This document shows, piece by piece, positions 41,326 through 54,649 of a DNA stretch of 64,000 bases. The DNA is from Octopus vulgaris (Eukaryota). The notes beneath the pieces were generated by a model. The model saw only the letters and a list, made by a program, of their open reading frames with translations, was not told the origin of the DNA and ran no database searches. The stretch is taken from assembly GCA_951406725.2 (NCBI GenBank), contig OX597819.1, forward strand, positions 30,194,001 through 30,258,000, written 5' to 3'. Position numbers and translations under genes: made by a program. The stretch's first letter is position 1. Every line of letters starts with the position of its first letter.

Positions 41326-41428
41326 CCATCTTCACCACAACCATCACTACCACCACCACCTCAATCATCATCATCATCATCATCATCATCACCATCCTCA
41401 CCACAACCATCACTACCACCACCACCTC

Positions 41429-41472
<44 letters not shown>

Positions 41473-41704
41473 CCATCTTCACCACAACCATCACTACCAC
41501 CACCACCTCAATCATCATCATCATCATCATCATCACCATCTTCACCACAACCATCACTACCACCACCACCTCAATCATCATCATCATCATCATCATCATC
41601 ACCATCTTCACCACAACCATCACTACCACCGCCACCTCAATCATCATCATCATCATCATCATCATCACCATCTTCACCACAACCATCACTACCACCACCA
41701 CCTC

Positions 41705-41736
<32 letters not shown>

Positions 41737-41839
41737 CCATCATCACCACAACCATCACTACCACCGCCACCTCAATCATCATAATCATCATCATCATCAT
41801 CACCATCTTCACCACAACCATCACTACCACCACCACCTC

Positions 41840-41871
<32 letters not shown>

Positions 41872-41974
41872 CCATCTTCACCACAGCCATCACTACCACC
41901 GCCACCTCAATCATCATCATCATCATCATCATCATCACCATCTTCACCACAGCCATCATTACCACCGCCACCTC

Positions 41975-42009
<35 letters not shown>

Positions 42010-42112
42010 CCATCTTCACCACAACCACCACTACCACCGCCACCTCAATCATCATCATCATCATCATCATCATCACCATCTTCACCACAACCATCACTAC
42101 CACCGCCACCTC

Positions 42113-42147
<35 letters not shown>

Positions 42148-42337
42148 CCATCTTCACCACAACCATCACTACCACCGCCACCTCAATCATCATCATCATC
42201 ATCATCATCATCATTATCATCATCATCACCATCTTCACCACAACCATCACTACCACCACCACCTCAATCATCATCTTCATCATCATCTTCACCATCTTCA
42301 CCATCTTCACCACAACCATCACTACCACCACCACCTC

Positions 42338-42369
<32 letters not shown>

Positions 42370-42541
42370 CCATCTTCACCACAACCATCACTACCACCGC
42401 CACCTCAATCATCATCATCATCATTATCATCATCATCATTATCATCTTCATCACCATCTTCACCACCACCTCAATCATCATCATCATCATTATCATCATC
42501 ATCACCATCTTCACCACAACCATCACTACCACCACCACCTC

Positions 42542-42579
<38 letters not shown>

Positions 42580-42757
42580 CCATCTTCACCACAACCATCA
42601 CTACCACCACCACCTCAATCATCATCTTCATCATCATCTTCACCATCTTCACTATCTTCACCACAACCATCACAACCACCACCACCTCAATCATCATCAT
42701 CTTCATCATCATCATCATCACCATCTTCACCACAACCATCACTACCACCACCACCTC

Positions 42758-42818
<61 letters not shown>

Positions 42819-42862
42819 TTCATCACCATCTTCACCACAACCATCACTACCACCACCACCTC

Positions 42863-42895
<33 letters not shown>

Positions 42896-43012
42896 TATCA
42901 TCATCATCACCATCTTCACCACAACCATCACTACCACCACCACCTCAATCATCATCATCATCATCATCATCATCACCATCTTCACCACAACCATCACTAC
43001 CACCACCACCTC

Positions 43013-43058
<46 letters not shown>

Positions 43059-43154
43059 TTCATCACCATCTTCACCACAACCATCACTACCACCACCACC
43101 TCAATCATCATCATCATCATCATCATCATCACCATCTTCACCACAACCATCACT

Positions 43155-43209
<55 letters not shown>

Positions 43210-43246
43210 CCATCTTCACCACAACCATCACTACCACCACCACCTC

Positions 43247-43296
<50 letters not shown>

Positions 43297-43336
43297 CCAT
43301 CTTCATCACAACCATCACTACCACCACCACCACCTC

Positions 43337-43371
<35 letters not shown>

Positions 43372-43477
43372 CCATCTTCACCACAACCATCACTACCACC
43401 ACCGCCACCTCAATCATCATCATCATCATCATCATCATCACCATCTTCACCACAACCATCACTACCACCACCACCTC

Positions 43478-43509
<32 letters not shown>

Positions 43510-43548
43510 CCATCTTCACCACAACCATCATACCACCACCACCACCTC

Positions 43549-43586
<38 letters not shown>

Positions 43587-43625
43587 CCATCTTCACCACA
43601 ACCATCATACCACCACCACCACCTC

Positions 43626-43672
<47 letters not shown>

Positions 43673-43757
43673 CCACAACCATCACTACCACCACCACCTC
43701 AATCATCATCATCATCATCACCATCTTCACCACAACCATCACTACCACCACCACCTC

Positions 43758-43804
<47 letters not shown>

Positions 43805-43913
43805 CCATCTTCACCACAACCATCACTACCTCCAGCACCTCAATCATCATCATCATCTTCATCATCATCATCATCACCATCTTCACCACAACCATCACTA
43901 CCACCACCACCTC

Positions 43914-43945
<32 letters not shown>

Positions 43946-43982
43946 CCATCTTCACCACAACCATCATACCACCACCACCACC

Positions 43983-44023
<41 letters not shown>

Positions 44024-44117
44024 CCATCTTCACCACAACCATCACTACCACCACCACCTCAATCATCATCATCATCATCACCATCTTCACCACAACCATC
44101 ACTACCACCACCACCTC

Positions 44118-44149
<32 letters not shown>

Positions 44150-44201
44150 CCATCATCATCATCACCATCTTCACCACAACCATCATTACCACCACCACCT
44201 C

Positions 44202-44233
<32 letters not shown>

Positions 44234-44357
44234 CCATCATCATCATCACCATCTTCACCACAACCATCACTACCTCCAGCACCTCAATCATCATCATCAT
44301 CTTCATCATCATCATCATCACCATCTTCACCACAACCATCACTACCACCACCACCTC

Positions 44358-44392
<35 letters not shown>

Positions 44393-44429
44393 CCATCTTC
44401 ACCACAACCATCACTACCACCACCACCTC

Positions 44430-44466
<37 letters not shown>

Positions 44467-44678
44467 TTCACCACAACCATCACTACCACCGCCACCTCAA
44501 TCATCATCATCATCATCATCATCATCTTCACCACAACCATCACTACCACCGCCACCTCAATCATCATCATCATCATCATCATCATCTTCACCACAACCAT
44601 CACTACCACCGCCACCTCAATCATCATCATCATCATCATCATCATCTTCACCACAACCATCACTACCACCGCCACCTC

Positions 44679-44713
<35 letters not shown>

Positions 44714-44714
44714 C
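41037..44714. repeat. 3.7-kb minisatellite: (ATC)n ACC ATC TTC ACC ACA ACC ATC ACT (ACC)n TCA, roughly 55-60 units
   Basis: Directly visible; unit length varies mostly in multiples of 3. Confidence 0.97.
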
Positions 44715-45030
44715 TACTACCGGCCAGCAGCAACAGTATTGCCAACATCAGCAACACAAGTAAATATTTAGCTTACTGTATTTTTTTTGGTGTACGTGCA
44801 TATGTGGGCCTTTTTGATGAGACTTCTGTTCCAGGAAATATGTGGGTGACTGGATGTGGGGGCGGGAGTAACTGAACAGAGGGGGGGGCGTACGTGCTTG
44901 TTGTGTACAAACGTCACAAGCACACACATATATACACTCTCTCTTTCACGCTCACTCTCTCTTTCACACTCACTCTCTCTCTCTCACACCCTCTTGCTTT
45001 CTCTCTCTCTCTCTCTCTCAGATACATACA

Positions 45031-45106
45031 CACACATCCCCACACGTACACACATCCCCACACGTACACACATCCCCACACGTACACACATCCCCACACG
45101 TACACA
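45031..45106. repeat. 18-bp tandem repeat CACACATCCCCACACGTA x4
   Basis: Directly visible. Confidence 0.93.
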
Positions 45107-45313
45107 CGGATTTTTCGTGTTACGGAAATAATGCCTTCCTGAAAATCTTGTCAAACGAGAAATCTCGTGGCGGGGAATTTATTTTTCCATTGAGTTTCAT
45201 ATTAAGATGCTTTCCGGCGGACATTTTTCAGACGAAAAACAACGGCAAAACAAAAGAGCAACCAACACGAGTACTTAAATGTATGAAAATAACAGTTTCC
45301 AAACATACACAGT

Positions 45314-45477
45314 AGGCGTAGGAGTGGCTGTATGGTAAGTAGCTTGCTTACCAACCACATGGTTCCGGGTTCAGTCTTACTGCGTGGCACCTTGGGCGAG
45401 TGTTTACTACTATAGCCTCGAGCCGACCAAAGCCTTGTGACAGAAGATTTGAAAGAAAGAAGTCTGTCGTATATATG

Positions 45478-45508
<31 letters not shown>

Positions 45509-45724
45509 ATATGTTTGTGTGTCTGTGTTTGTCCCTCTAGCATTGCTTGTCAACCGATGCTGGTGTGTTTACGTTCCCCGTAACTTAGCGGTTCGGCAAA
45601 AGAGACTGATAGAATAAGTTCTAGGCTAACAAAGAATAAGTCTTGGGGTCGATTTGCTCGACTAAAGGCGATGCTCCAGCATGACCGCAGTCAAATGACT
45701 GAAACAAGTAAAAGAGTAAAAGAG
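45314..45724 (+). mobile_element. SINE family B, full length
   Basis: Head GGCGTAGGAGTGGCTGTATGGTAAG, GGCACCTTGGGC core, internal (TA)/(TG), tail GTAAAAGAGTAAAAGAG. Confidence 0.9.
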
Positions 45725-45759
45725 TATATACAAAGACATTTGAAGAGAAATACGTTAGC

Positions 45760-46335
45760 CACAGGGTACATTCTGTTTGACCAGTGTAATCGGGAAAGCG
45801 GTTTAAGGTGGTGGAATAAGAGTTACTGGGAGGATGAGAGGCGCTAACTTCTATCTTATAGTTCATCATAATCATCTGCTTGAGGTGTGAAGAACTTATT
45901 CACAGTTGGTTGATATTTACGGTGCATCATTTCTCGTATAGCTCAGTGTAAGAACTTGTCTCATCGTAAACTCCTTTTGTAATGTTAATGTTACGTTCAC
46001 GATTTGGGTTGTTGTCAATAAAATTTTGTCGTGCAAACTTTTGACAATATTCTGTGCCATCAATTGAAGTATACTTGGTGGAAAATTCGTATTCTCATCA
46101 GTTTTCAGTTTGTTCTCGCTCTCACAGCTTTTTCTATGGGTCACTAACAATTCAACCATGTAATCTAACAATTCTTCAAACTCCACGTCATTTGCAAGGG
46201 TCACAATATCTTTTCGAGTTATATGTAGACTTTCTGCTAGTGGAAAACTTGTAATGTCAAGGATACAGTCTGGCCCATGTATTTTTCCAAGCACCATTCA
46301 AAGCTGAGGGTTTCACTTCATCTCATAACTCAGCT
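45760..46335 (-). mobile_element. pogo/Tigger-like transposase C-terminal relic
   Basis: NGAWK../GPDCI...DIVTLANDVEFEELLDYMVELLVTH resembles the Tigger C-terminal acidic region. Confidence 0.5.
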
Positions 46336-46338
46336 CTG

Positions 46339-46792
46339 GGATCTTTTCGGTTTGAACGGCAGTTTTTTCTAGCGGTGTCATATGAAATTGTCACCCATAA
46401 TTATGACCCTAGTATCGATCTATTACATTTCAATCTGTTTTAGGTTTAGGGTTAGTTAGGGTTAGTTGGGGTTAGAGTTAGGGTTAAGATTTGGGGTGGG
46501 GGGAAGGGTATCTTTTTTTCTTCACAAATGTAAATAAACCCAATCTGTTTCTTAAACGAAGGACATATTCATACGGCACAGAATGTTTTTTATCTCAATA
46601 GACGTCAGTGATTGGTTGAAATTGCAGAAATTGAAGAAAAAAACAACAAATATCTTACAAACTATAGAATTTTCTCAATAAAGCCAAGAGAAAAAGATGT
46701 TTTATAAACACATTCTACCAGTATACGAAGTTTAAAATTTTTTAGTTACCTAGAAATTATGTTTAAAACTGCCGTTCAAACCGAAAAGAACC
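46339..46792. mobile_element. TTAGGG-MITE copy 2
   Basis: Same TIRs and body as 5303-5710; right flank is (TA)n, no TSD visible. Confidence 0.92.
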
Positions 46793-46821
46793 TATATATA
46801 TATATATATATATATATATAA

Positions 46822-46880
<59 letters not shown>

Positions 46881-47175
46881 TAGTGCGAACACGCTATCTT
46901 TAAAATAGCATGTTTTACATTGGTTTGATACCATTCTATCATGTATTCCTGTAGTATATGCGTAAGTATATATATATGGCATGGATGGGTGAATAATGCT
47001 AGCAAGACATGCAGCATAAATGAAGCTGAAACATGAATAACGGAAAGCGCAAATTAAACCAATAAGATGAAATGCAATTATATTAAAAGCTCGCCTCGTT
47101 CACATTATTGTCACCCTTTTGAGGCAAACCGAACGAAGGAAGTATATTCTTTGTTCACATTATATAACATTCAGT

Positions 47176-47570
47176 TTACTCTCTTTACTCTTTACTTGTT
47201 TCAGTCATTTGACTGCGGCCATGCTGGAACACCGCCTTTTGCCGAGGAAATCGACCCCAGGACTTATTCTTTTGTAAGCCTAGTACTTATTCTATCGGTC
47301 TCATTTGTCGAACCGCTAAGTTACGGGGACGTAAGCACACCAGCATCGGTTGTCAAGCGATGTTGGGCGGGGGGGGACAAACACAGACTCACACACACAT
47401 ATCTATACATATATACGATGGGCTTCTTTCAGTTTCCGTCTACCAAATCCACTCACAAGGCTTTGGTCGGCCCGAGGCTATAGTAGAAGACACTTGCCCA
47501 AGGTGCCACACAGTAAGACTGAACCCGGAACCATGTGGCTGGTAAGCAAGCTACTTACCACACAGCCACT
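47176..47570 (-). mobile_element. SINE family B
   Basis: Near-identical to the other family B copies. Confidence 0.9.
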
Positions 47571-48076
47571 GACTTCTTTTTTTTTTTTTTTTGTATCTGG
47601 TTTGCAAGATCCTTTACGCGAATCCGTGTGCTGAAACAAATTTTGTTGTGTCTAGGGAGAGTCATGAGGCCAATACTAATTACACAAGCACTAATTCAGT
47701 TTCACTCCTTTATTATTAGTCAATTGGTTAAATATCCAACTAACTAATCGATTGTTTGTTTAACTTGGTTAAACAGTCAGTTGGAAATAATAACAAATTT
47801 ACTAATAATAGTGTGGAATTGAATCAGTACGTGTGTTATCAATATCGACATAATACTTAGTAACAATGTAATGTTAGTATTATTTGTGTTAAAGCAAAGG
47901 GCATACAAACAGAAATGTGCCCCACTGACTTTGTTCTCTCAGAACTTCCAGAAAAACAATGATATTTTCTACAAACACGTTACATAGTTCCCAAATAAAA
48001 ATTAAAATGTCGACCAAATAAAAATACGGTCATCTTTTCTTACATTCAGTCATACAAACTGACAAACGCACGTGCG

Positions 48077-48164
<88 letters not shown>

Positions 48165-48213
48165 ACACATACACACGCACATGTAAGAAAGTTGAACTGG
48201 GAGAAAAAACTGT

Positions 48214-48660
48214 GGATATTTTCGGTTTGAACGGCAGTTTTTTCTAGCGGTGTTATATGAAATTGTCACCCATAATTATGATCCTAGTATCGATCTATTG
48301 CATTTCAATCTATTTTAGGGTTAGGGTTAGTTAGGGGTTAGGGTTAGTTAGGGTTAGGGTTAGGGGTGGGGGAAGGGTATATTTTTTTCTTCACAAATGT
48401 AAATAAACCCAATCTGTTTCATAAACGAGGGACACATTCATATGGCACAGATTGTTTTCACCTCAATAGACGGTCATTGATTGGTTGAAATTGCAGAAAT
48501 TGAAGAAAAAACAACAAACATCTTACAAACTATAGAATTTTCTCAATAAAGCCAAGAGAAAAAGATGTTTTATAAACACATTCTACCAGTATACGAAGTT
48601 AAAAATTTTTTAGTTACCTAGAAATTATGTTAAAAACTGCCGTTCAAACCGAAAAGATCC
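48214..48660. mobile_element. TTAGGG-MITE copy 3
   Basis: TIRs as above; TSD AAAACTGT at 48206-48213 and 48661-48668. Confidence 0.94.
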
Positions 48661-48846
48661 AAAACTGTAACTACATATATTAGCACGCATCATTTAGAGG
48701 AATGATGCTTTTAGAAACAAACACAGGTGAAGGCTCTGCCCTGGATTACTTTTCAGAAGACATTCACAAAGAAACTAACACAATCAAACAGAATGATATT
48801 GTGTTTTTATTTGATAGAAATGATAAACATCCCCATAAATAGCGTA

Positions 48847-49596
48847 AGACGGCGAGCTGGCAGAATCGTTAGCACGATGGGCGAGATGCTATGCGGTATT
48901 TCGTCTACCGCTACGTTCTGAGTTCAAATTCCGCCGAGGTCGACTTTGCCTTTCATCTTTTCGGGGTCGATTAAATAAGTACCAGTTACGCACTGGGGTT
49001 GATATAATCGACTTAATCCGTTTGTTCTCTCTGTGTTTAGCCCCTTGTGGGTAGTAAAGAAATAGGTATTTCGTCTACCGCTACGTTCTGAGTTCAAATT
49101 CCACCGAGGTCGACTTTGCCTTTCATCCTTTCGGGGTCGATTAAATAAGTACCAGTTACGCACTGGGGTCGATATAATCGACTTAATCCGTTTGTCTGTC
49201 CTTGTTTGTCCTCTCTGTGTTTATCCCCTTGTGGGTAGTAAAGAAATAGGTATTTCGTCTGCCGCTACGTTCTGAGTTCAAATTCCGCAGAGGTCGACTT
49301 TGCGTTTCATCCTTGCACTGGGGTCGATGTAATCGACTTAATCCCTTGTCTGTCCCCTCTATGTTTAGCCTCTTGTGGGTAATAAAGAAATAAGAATTGT
49401 TAGCACGCTGAACAAAATGCTTAGCTGCATTCCGTCCGTCTTCACGTTCTGAGTTCAATTTCTGCCGAGGTTGACTTCGCCTTTCATCCTTTCAGAGTCT
49501 TTAAAATAAGTACCAGTTGAGCACTGGGGAACGGTGTAATCGACTTATTCCTTCCCTGGAATTGCTTGCCTTGTGCCAAAAATTAAAACCAATATC
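48847..49596 (+). mobile_element. SINE family A trimer nested in an older family A copy
   Basis: Head, three bodies, then a headless old copy from 49393; outer TSD TAAATAG(C/T)GTA at 48836-48846 and 49597-49607. Confidence 0.88.
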
Positions 49597-49769
49597 TAAA
49601 TAGTGTACAGGAACGGTTATGTAATTAAGAAATTCGTTTGTTACTACGTAATATATTCCAGTTCAATCCTATTGCATAGCTTCTTTTTCTGACTAAACCA
49701 TTAATTTTTATAACAGAATGCAAAAGCTTTACATTCACGGATCATTTTAATTGGGGTGGATAAGAAGAA

Positions 49770-50190
49770 TAGATAGGGCGTTGGAAGAAGTACCTGGTAT
49801 TTTTTCCACCTTTCTGTCTTCTGAGTTCAAATTCTGTTGAGGTTTGCTTTGCCTTTCATCCTACTAGGGTCGATAAAAATAATGAACGAATCATAGACCC
49901 AGGTTGATGGAATTGGCTAAACCTCTCGACCCCGCCAAAATTTCAATTCATATGCCTATATTAGAAACAAATATTAGGCAGAATAGTTAGAGCGCCAAAA
50001 AAATATACATTGCGTTATGCATTCCGGCTCTTTACGATCTGAGTTCAAATCCTACCCAAGTCAACTTTGCTTTCACTTTTCCAGTGTTTATAAAAATTCT
50101 AGTCATGTTCCAGTCATGTGCTGGTGTCAGTGGTATCGACAAACATCTTTCCTCAAAATCAGCTCACCTTATGCCAGAATTAGAAATATG
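49770..50190 (+). mobile_element. Two very old SINE family A-like copies
   Basis: TCTGAGTTCAAAT B-box region and TTTGC(C)TTTCA core twice. Confidence 0.6.
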
Positions 50191-51687
50191 CCAATGTTAA
50201 AAGTCACTGGTTTATTCGAAGAAGGATGAGCAGCGGTCTTGATATTTTCCAGCCCTTCTAAACCGGTATGGTCTTAGTAGTTGGCGCTCAGCTCACACTT
50301 CTGTTCGTTGTTGGTAAAACGTAAGCAGAAAGGGAATTTCGAGGAGTTGCGCTCAAATTCTTGTGGCCGGAAATTTTTGAGAAAGCGTTTTTGCAGCTCT
50401 CGCCGGAATTCTTCATCATTCTGATGGTATCACAGTCGTTTCGGAATAGATGCATACAAGTGCATCCCACCTCATTTCGAGGGGTTGCTGATATTTCATT
50501 TAGGAATATCTCACAGAGTTATCGAAAAACCGTCTTACTACATAAATTTTTCAATTACCAAGCGACTACGATACGCACAGTGACAGCCCCTCCAAAATGC
50601 ACCATCAAAGATCAAACGTGACAGAAAGCCGACAACATGTTTCTACCGCCACGTTCCCCACTACGTGAAGCGATGACACAAGGACCAGTATTGGCTAAGC
50701 GCTAATCTAGCATTTTCCTCGAAATAGCAGCCAAATTTATCTGGTAACATCGAGAGAATTCATTTATTCCCATTTCTAACGGCCAGTATTTTTATCTTTC
50801 CATATTTTTTGCCTCTGTGACTAACACAACTTTCTGTTCAAAAAAGTCAATATCCTCTGAGTTGGCATAGTTCTGTAAGACGACCGATTAGAAAATTCAA
50901 GCTCTAACGGACAAGATTGAGCAACTAGAGTTTCCAAGGTACCGTTGAAAGCGTTTCTGCAGCCCTCGCCGGAATTCTTCATCACTCTGTTGGTATCACA
51001 GTCGTTTTGGAATAGATGCATCCCACCTTATCATTTTAAAGTCATCTACTCATCAGCGGGAAAACTCTGTCGCCAGGAATTAAACGCGACTACATCTCTG
51101 GGACGAAATATCAATTTACCGGGTCTCTTTTGTCTACGACGTCATTTCGTTGCAGCGCTTACTAGTGGATACAAGAGAAACTCGCAGCATGTTGTCTGTC
51201 AACTTCTTGTCTGGTTCACGAAACCACCAGCCATCATCCTGCAAGCTATGAACCATTCTCCTCTTCTCACTTACGGTGAAAAGTCTGACTTTGGACTTCA
51301 ATTTAAGGCGACAGTTCAAGTGGATTTTTATCACCTACATACCTTGGTACCGACTTCCTATCCCATTTTGAGCTTCTTGCCGATTTGAACCATTGGCGAC
51401 TGAAGATTCATAGACGGAGTTACTCCAAGCCTTCTATCGTCAATCCTCTTTTCTTTTCCCCATCTGCATCAAATCGTTATCATACGATTCTTTAGGAGTT
51501 TTAAAGTATCACTCGTACTGTTCTAAAAAACGAGAGTCCAGTCACTCTGTTAACCATCATATTAATACAAAAGAACCGAATCGACAAATTGCCAAGTAAA
51601 AGCCAAGGCTTACTAACAGACATATCATGTGCTCGGCCTATTAACTGGTCAATCAGCATCGAGACATCACATAATACAGGTTTCTAG

Positions 51688-52020
51688 TGAAGGCGCATGG
51701 CTTAGTGGTTAGGACATTCGGCTCACGATTGTAAGGTCGTGAGTTCGATTTCCGGCGACGCGTTGTGTCCTTGAGCAAGACACTTTATTTCACGTTGCTC
51801 CAGTCCACTCAGCTGGCAAAAATGAGTTGTACCTGTATTTCAAAAGGCCGGCCTTGTCACACTCTGTGTCACGCTGAATCTCCCCGAGAACTACGTTAGG
51901 GGTACACGTGTCTGTGGATTGCTCAGCCACTTGCACGTTAATTTCACGAGCAAGCTGTTCCGTTGATCATATCAGCGGGGACCCTCGTCGTCGTAACTGA
52001 CGGAGTGCTCCTATGTATAT
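51688..52020 (+). mobile_element. SINE family C (head type 1, tail type Y)
   Basis: A-box TGGCTTAGTGG, B-box GTTCGATT; TSD ATAATACAGGTTTCTAG at 51671-51687 and 52021-52037. Confidence 0.92.
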
Positions 52021-52399
52021 ATAATACAGGTTTCTAGAATCTTCTTGTGTGTCTCCCTAACGAGGCTTATAAATAGACTTATTTTGAGCGCCAAATTTCA
52101 GATCGTGGAAAATCGCTACCATGCAAACCACATTAGCGCTTTGCTGCATTTAAGTTGTTCAAACGACTTCTTATTCAACTGAGTCGTGAATCCAGAGTAA
52201 TGTTTTTCCATGTCGTGACAGCGTATTAACAGAGCCTACTTAGCCTACTACTAATCTGTAATAACTACAGAATTGTCCTCCCATCATTGAAAATATTTTG
52301 TGAGGTGAATAAAGTTCTGTTAATTCTTCGCGAGTATTGTGCATCATTATACGCAGCTATAACCCGACTCAAACACCAGCATTTCATATCTTTCATTCT

Positions 52400-52610
52400 A
52401 TGAGAAATGTGATATGTAACAGCTGCACTCTCGGAACATATCTCCGCTAATTAGTTAGATCTACTTCTGAGGGTGCAGTCAAATATATTTGCAAGAGTTG
52501 TACCATCCCAGACATATGAGCAGTGCTTCAGTGTGAATCTCACTTGAGGTTTTACAAAGTCGGCAGTTATTAAAAATTTGAATATCTTCCGGCACTGAAA
52601 AGGGAATGTA
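52400..52610 (-). mobile_element. Possible CR1/Jockey-group LINE C-terminal fragment
   Basis: VKPQVRFTLKHCSYVWDG resembles the YKxxVRPxLEYCSxVW motif. Confidence 0.4.
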
Positions 52611-52763
52611 ATAATTGGGACATTAATAATTGGGACATACATACATACATACATACATACATACATACATACATACATACATACATACATACATACATAC
52701 ATACATACATACATACATACATACATACATACATAAGTAGACAGACAGAAAAAAGACAGACAG

Positions 52764-52986
52764 GCGGTGAGCTGGCACAAACGTTAGCGCACCGAGCGAA
52801 ATGCTTAGCGGTATTTCGTCTGCCGCTACGTTCTGAGTTCAAATTCCGCCGAGGTCAACTTTGCCTTTCATCCTTTCGGGGTCGATAAATTAAGCACCAG
52901 TTACGCACTGGGGTAATCAACTTAATCCGTTTGTATGTCCTTGTTTGTCCCCTCTATGTTTAGTCCTTGTGGGCAATAAAGAAATA
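52764..52986 (+). mobile_element. SINE family A monomer between (TACA)n and (GATA)n tracts
   Basis: TSD AGAAAAAAGACAGACAG at 52747-52763 and 52987-53003. Confidence 0.9.
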
Positions 52987-53019
52987 AGAAAAAAGACAGA
53001 CAGACAGGCAGACAGATAC

Positions 53020-53139
<120 letters not shown>

Positions 53140-53155
53140 ATATCATCTGAGATCA

Positions 53156-53946
53156 TCTAACTACAATGAGTGTTATGTCCGTCTGTCTGCCTTTTCCCTC
53201 TTCACGGTCAAACGGCTGGACCGATGGTCACAATGCTTTTTCAGGATTACGAGGGAGGTAATCAGAAAGGTTTTTAACGAAAAAAATGTGGAAAAGTATG
53301 ATTATTTAGTGGCTATTGAGTTTTGTATCAACAAATCACCTTTAATTTTTTTTGGGGGGGGGGGGTTAAAATTCCGGCGACGAGGGTTAACTCTGGATTT
53401 TCCCCCATCGTAGATACGAAGAGGATTGCGAAAATAAAATGGGAAAAATGTGTGCCAGTATATAGTGTGTGTGTGTGTGTCAGTATATAGTGCTTATTGA
53501 AGAGTGTCAGTCTCGAGCAGGATTCGAAACGGCTAATCGAAGCGGCTGTTGTTTACATCTTAGTTTTGTCAGTTTAAAATAACCCATGGTACAAGAACAT
53601 TCAGACATTATTTGCATAGAACAGTGAGAGATAAGTTTTAGTTTGATTTTTTGCAACCCTAAAAGATTCCGCTCGCGCATTCACAGCAAACAAGGCACTG
53701 AGCTAGACTTTAGATCGTGTAGGTGTATTTTTACCCAATCCGATGTTTACTCAGTTATATGTTACTATGAGTAGAGCAACGGACTCCAGCAATTAGTGTT
53801 GACCAAATAGAAAATATCGTCTACAAAGAAGTTTTGTAATCATATTGATATTATCGAAAGGAATATGATTCATAATTTAAATAAAGAAATTTGTGAAATT
53901 TGAATGTATACGAGTATAAACAAGCATGAAATAGCGTAAACAACTA
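53156..53946 (+). mobile_element. Internally deleted Helitron retaining the helicase C-terminus
   Basis: 5' TCTAACTACAAT...TGTCTGTC start; 53670-53839 reads AFTANKALS*TLDRVGVFLPNPMFTQLYVTMSRA...NIVYKEVL* (PIF1-like RepHel motifs V/VI). 3' end uncertain. Confidence 0.72.
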
Positions 53947-54649
53947 AAATAAAAGTATATCTAAAAACATTTTTTAAAGTACTTTTTATGTAGTGGTCGA
54001 AGGAAGCTCTAACTTTCGTTAGGAGTGGTCCACATAACCATTCATGATACAGAGGCTGAGAGTCTATTTCAGTTCGAGAGAGAATCGTCATCGCATGTCA
54101 CTTAGTCGCAAACACATGTCATACAACTGCAATAGAATGCTGTATCACCAACAATAATGTAATTTCTCTAAGATATCACCCAGTAATCTATCTACAAATT
54201 TCTCGATATATACTGCTGTTACGGCGTCCCTCCCTCATTTTATGCCTCCATTGTAGATGAGTAGATCTGATAAGTAAAGATAATGAAAACTGTCAGAAGG
54301 TTCAGTTCCATGTGGTCCCTGCATAGTGAGATTGTTTCCTTGTAATTTTAGTGCTTCCTTCCTTTTGTCAAGGTCGTGTACAGATGATGCTTGTTCGTGC
54401 TCGGTAATTATCTGTGGTATTTATCTGCATAAGAGTGTGTTGATTGGCCTGGGAGGAAGCTATAAATGTAGGCTAGGAAGAATTTGAGAGAATGGAAAAG
54501 TATAGAAGTGTAAGTAAACGCTGAAGTAATCTACACGCCGGAACTGACGTCATTACATGTTATGAATTTAAAAAGCTCACAGTTAACTTCTGATCCATGA
54601 AAGTTTAAATGCATCTACGAATGCAAATTTTTTTCATCTAAACTCAGTA

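Noticed and set aside
40988-44714. 847-aa and 369-aa Met/Val-rich ORFs
   Set aside because: Antisense translation of an (ATC/ACC) minisatellite; open frames are expected from the repeat composition.
48315-48372. Telomere or chromosome fusion site
   Set aside because: The TTAGGG units are short and internal to a TIR-bounded MITE present three times.
51688-51765. tRNA genes (also 24415-24486 and 33860-33913)
   Set aside because: A/B boxes are present, but they continue into SINE bodies, two with TSDs, and I cannot fold a clean cloverleaf.
53670-53839. Host PIF1 helicase exon
   Set aside because: In-frame stop, deleted motif residues and a Helitron-like 5' end upstream.
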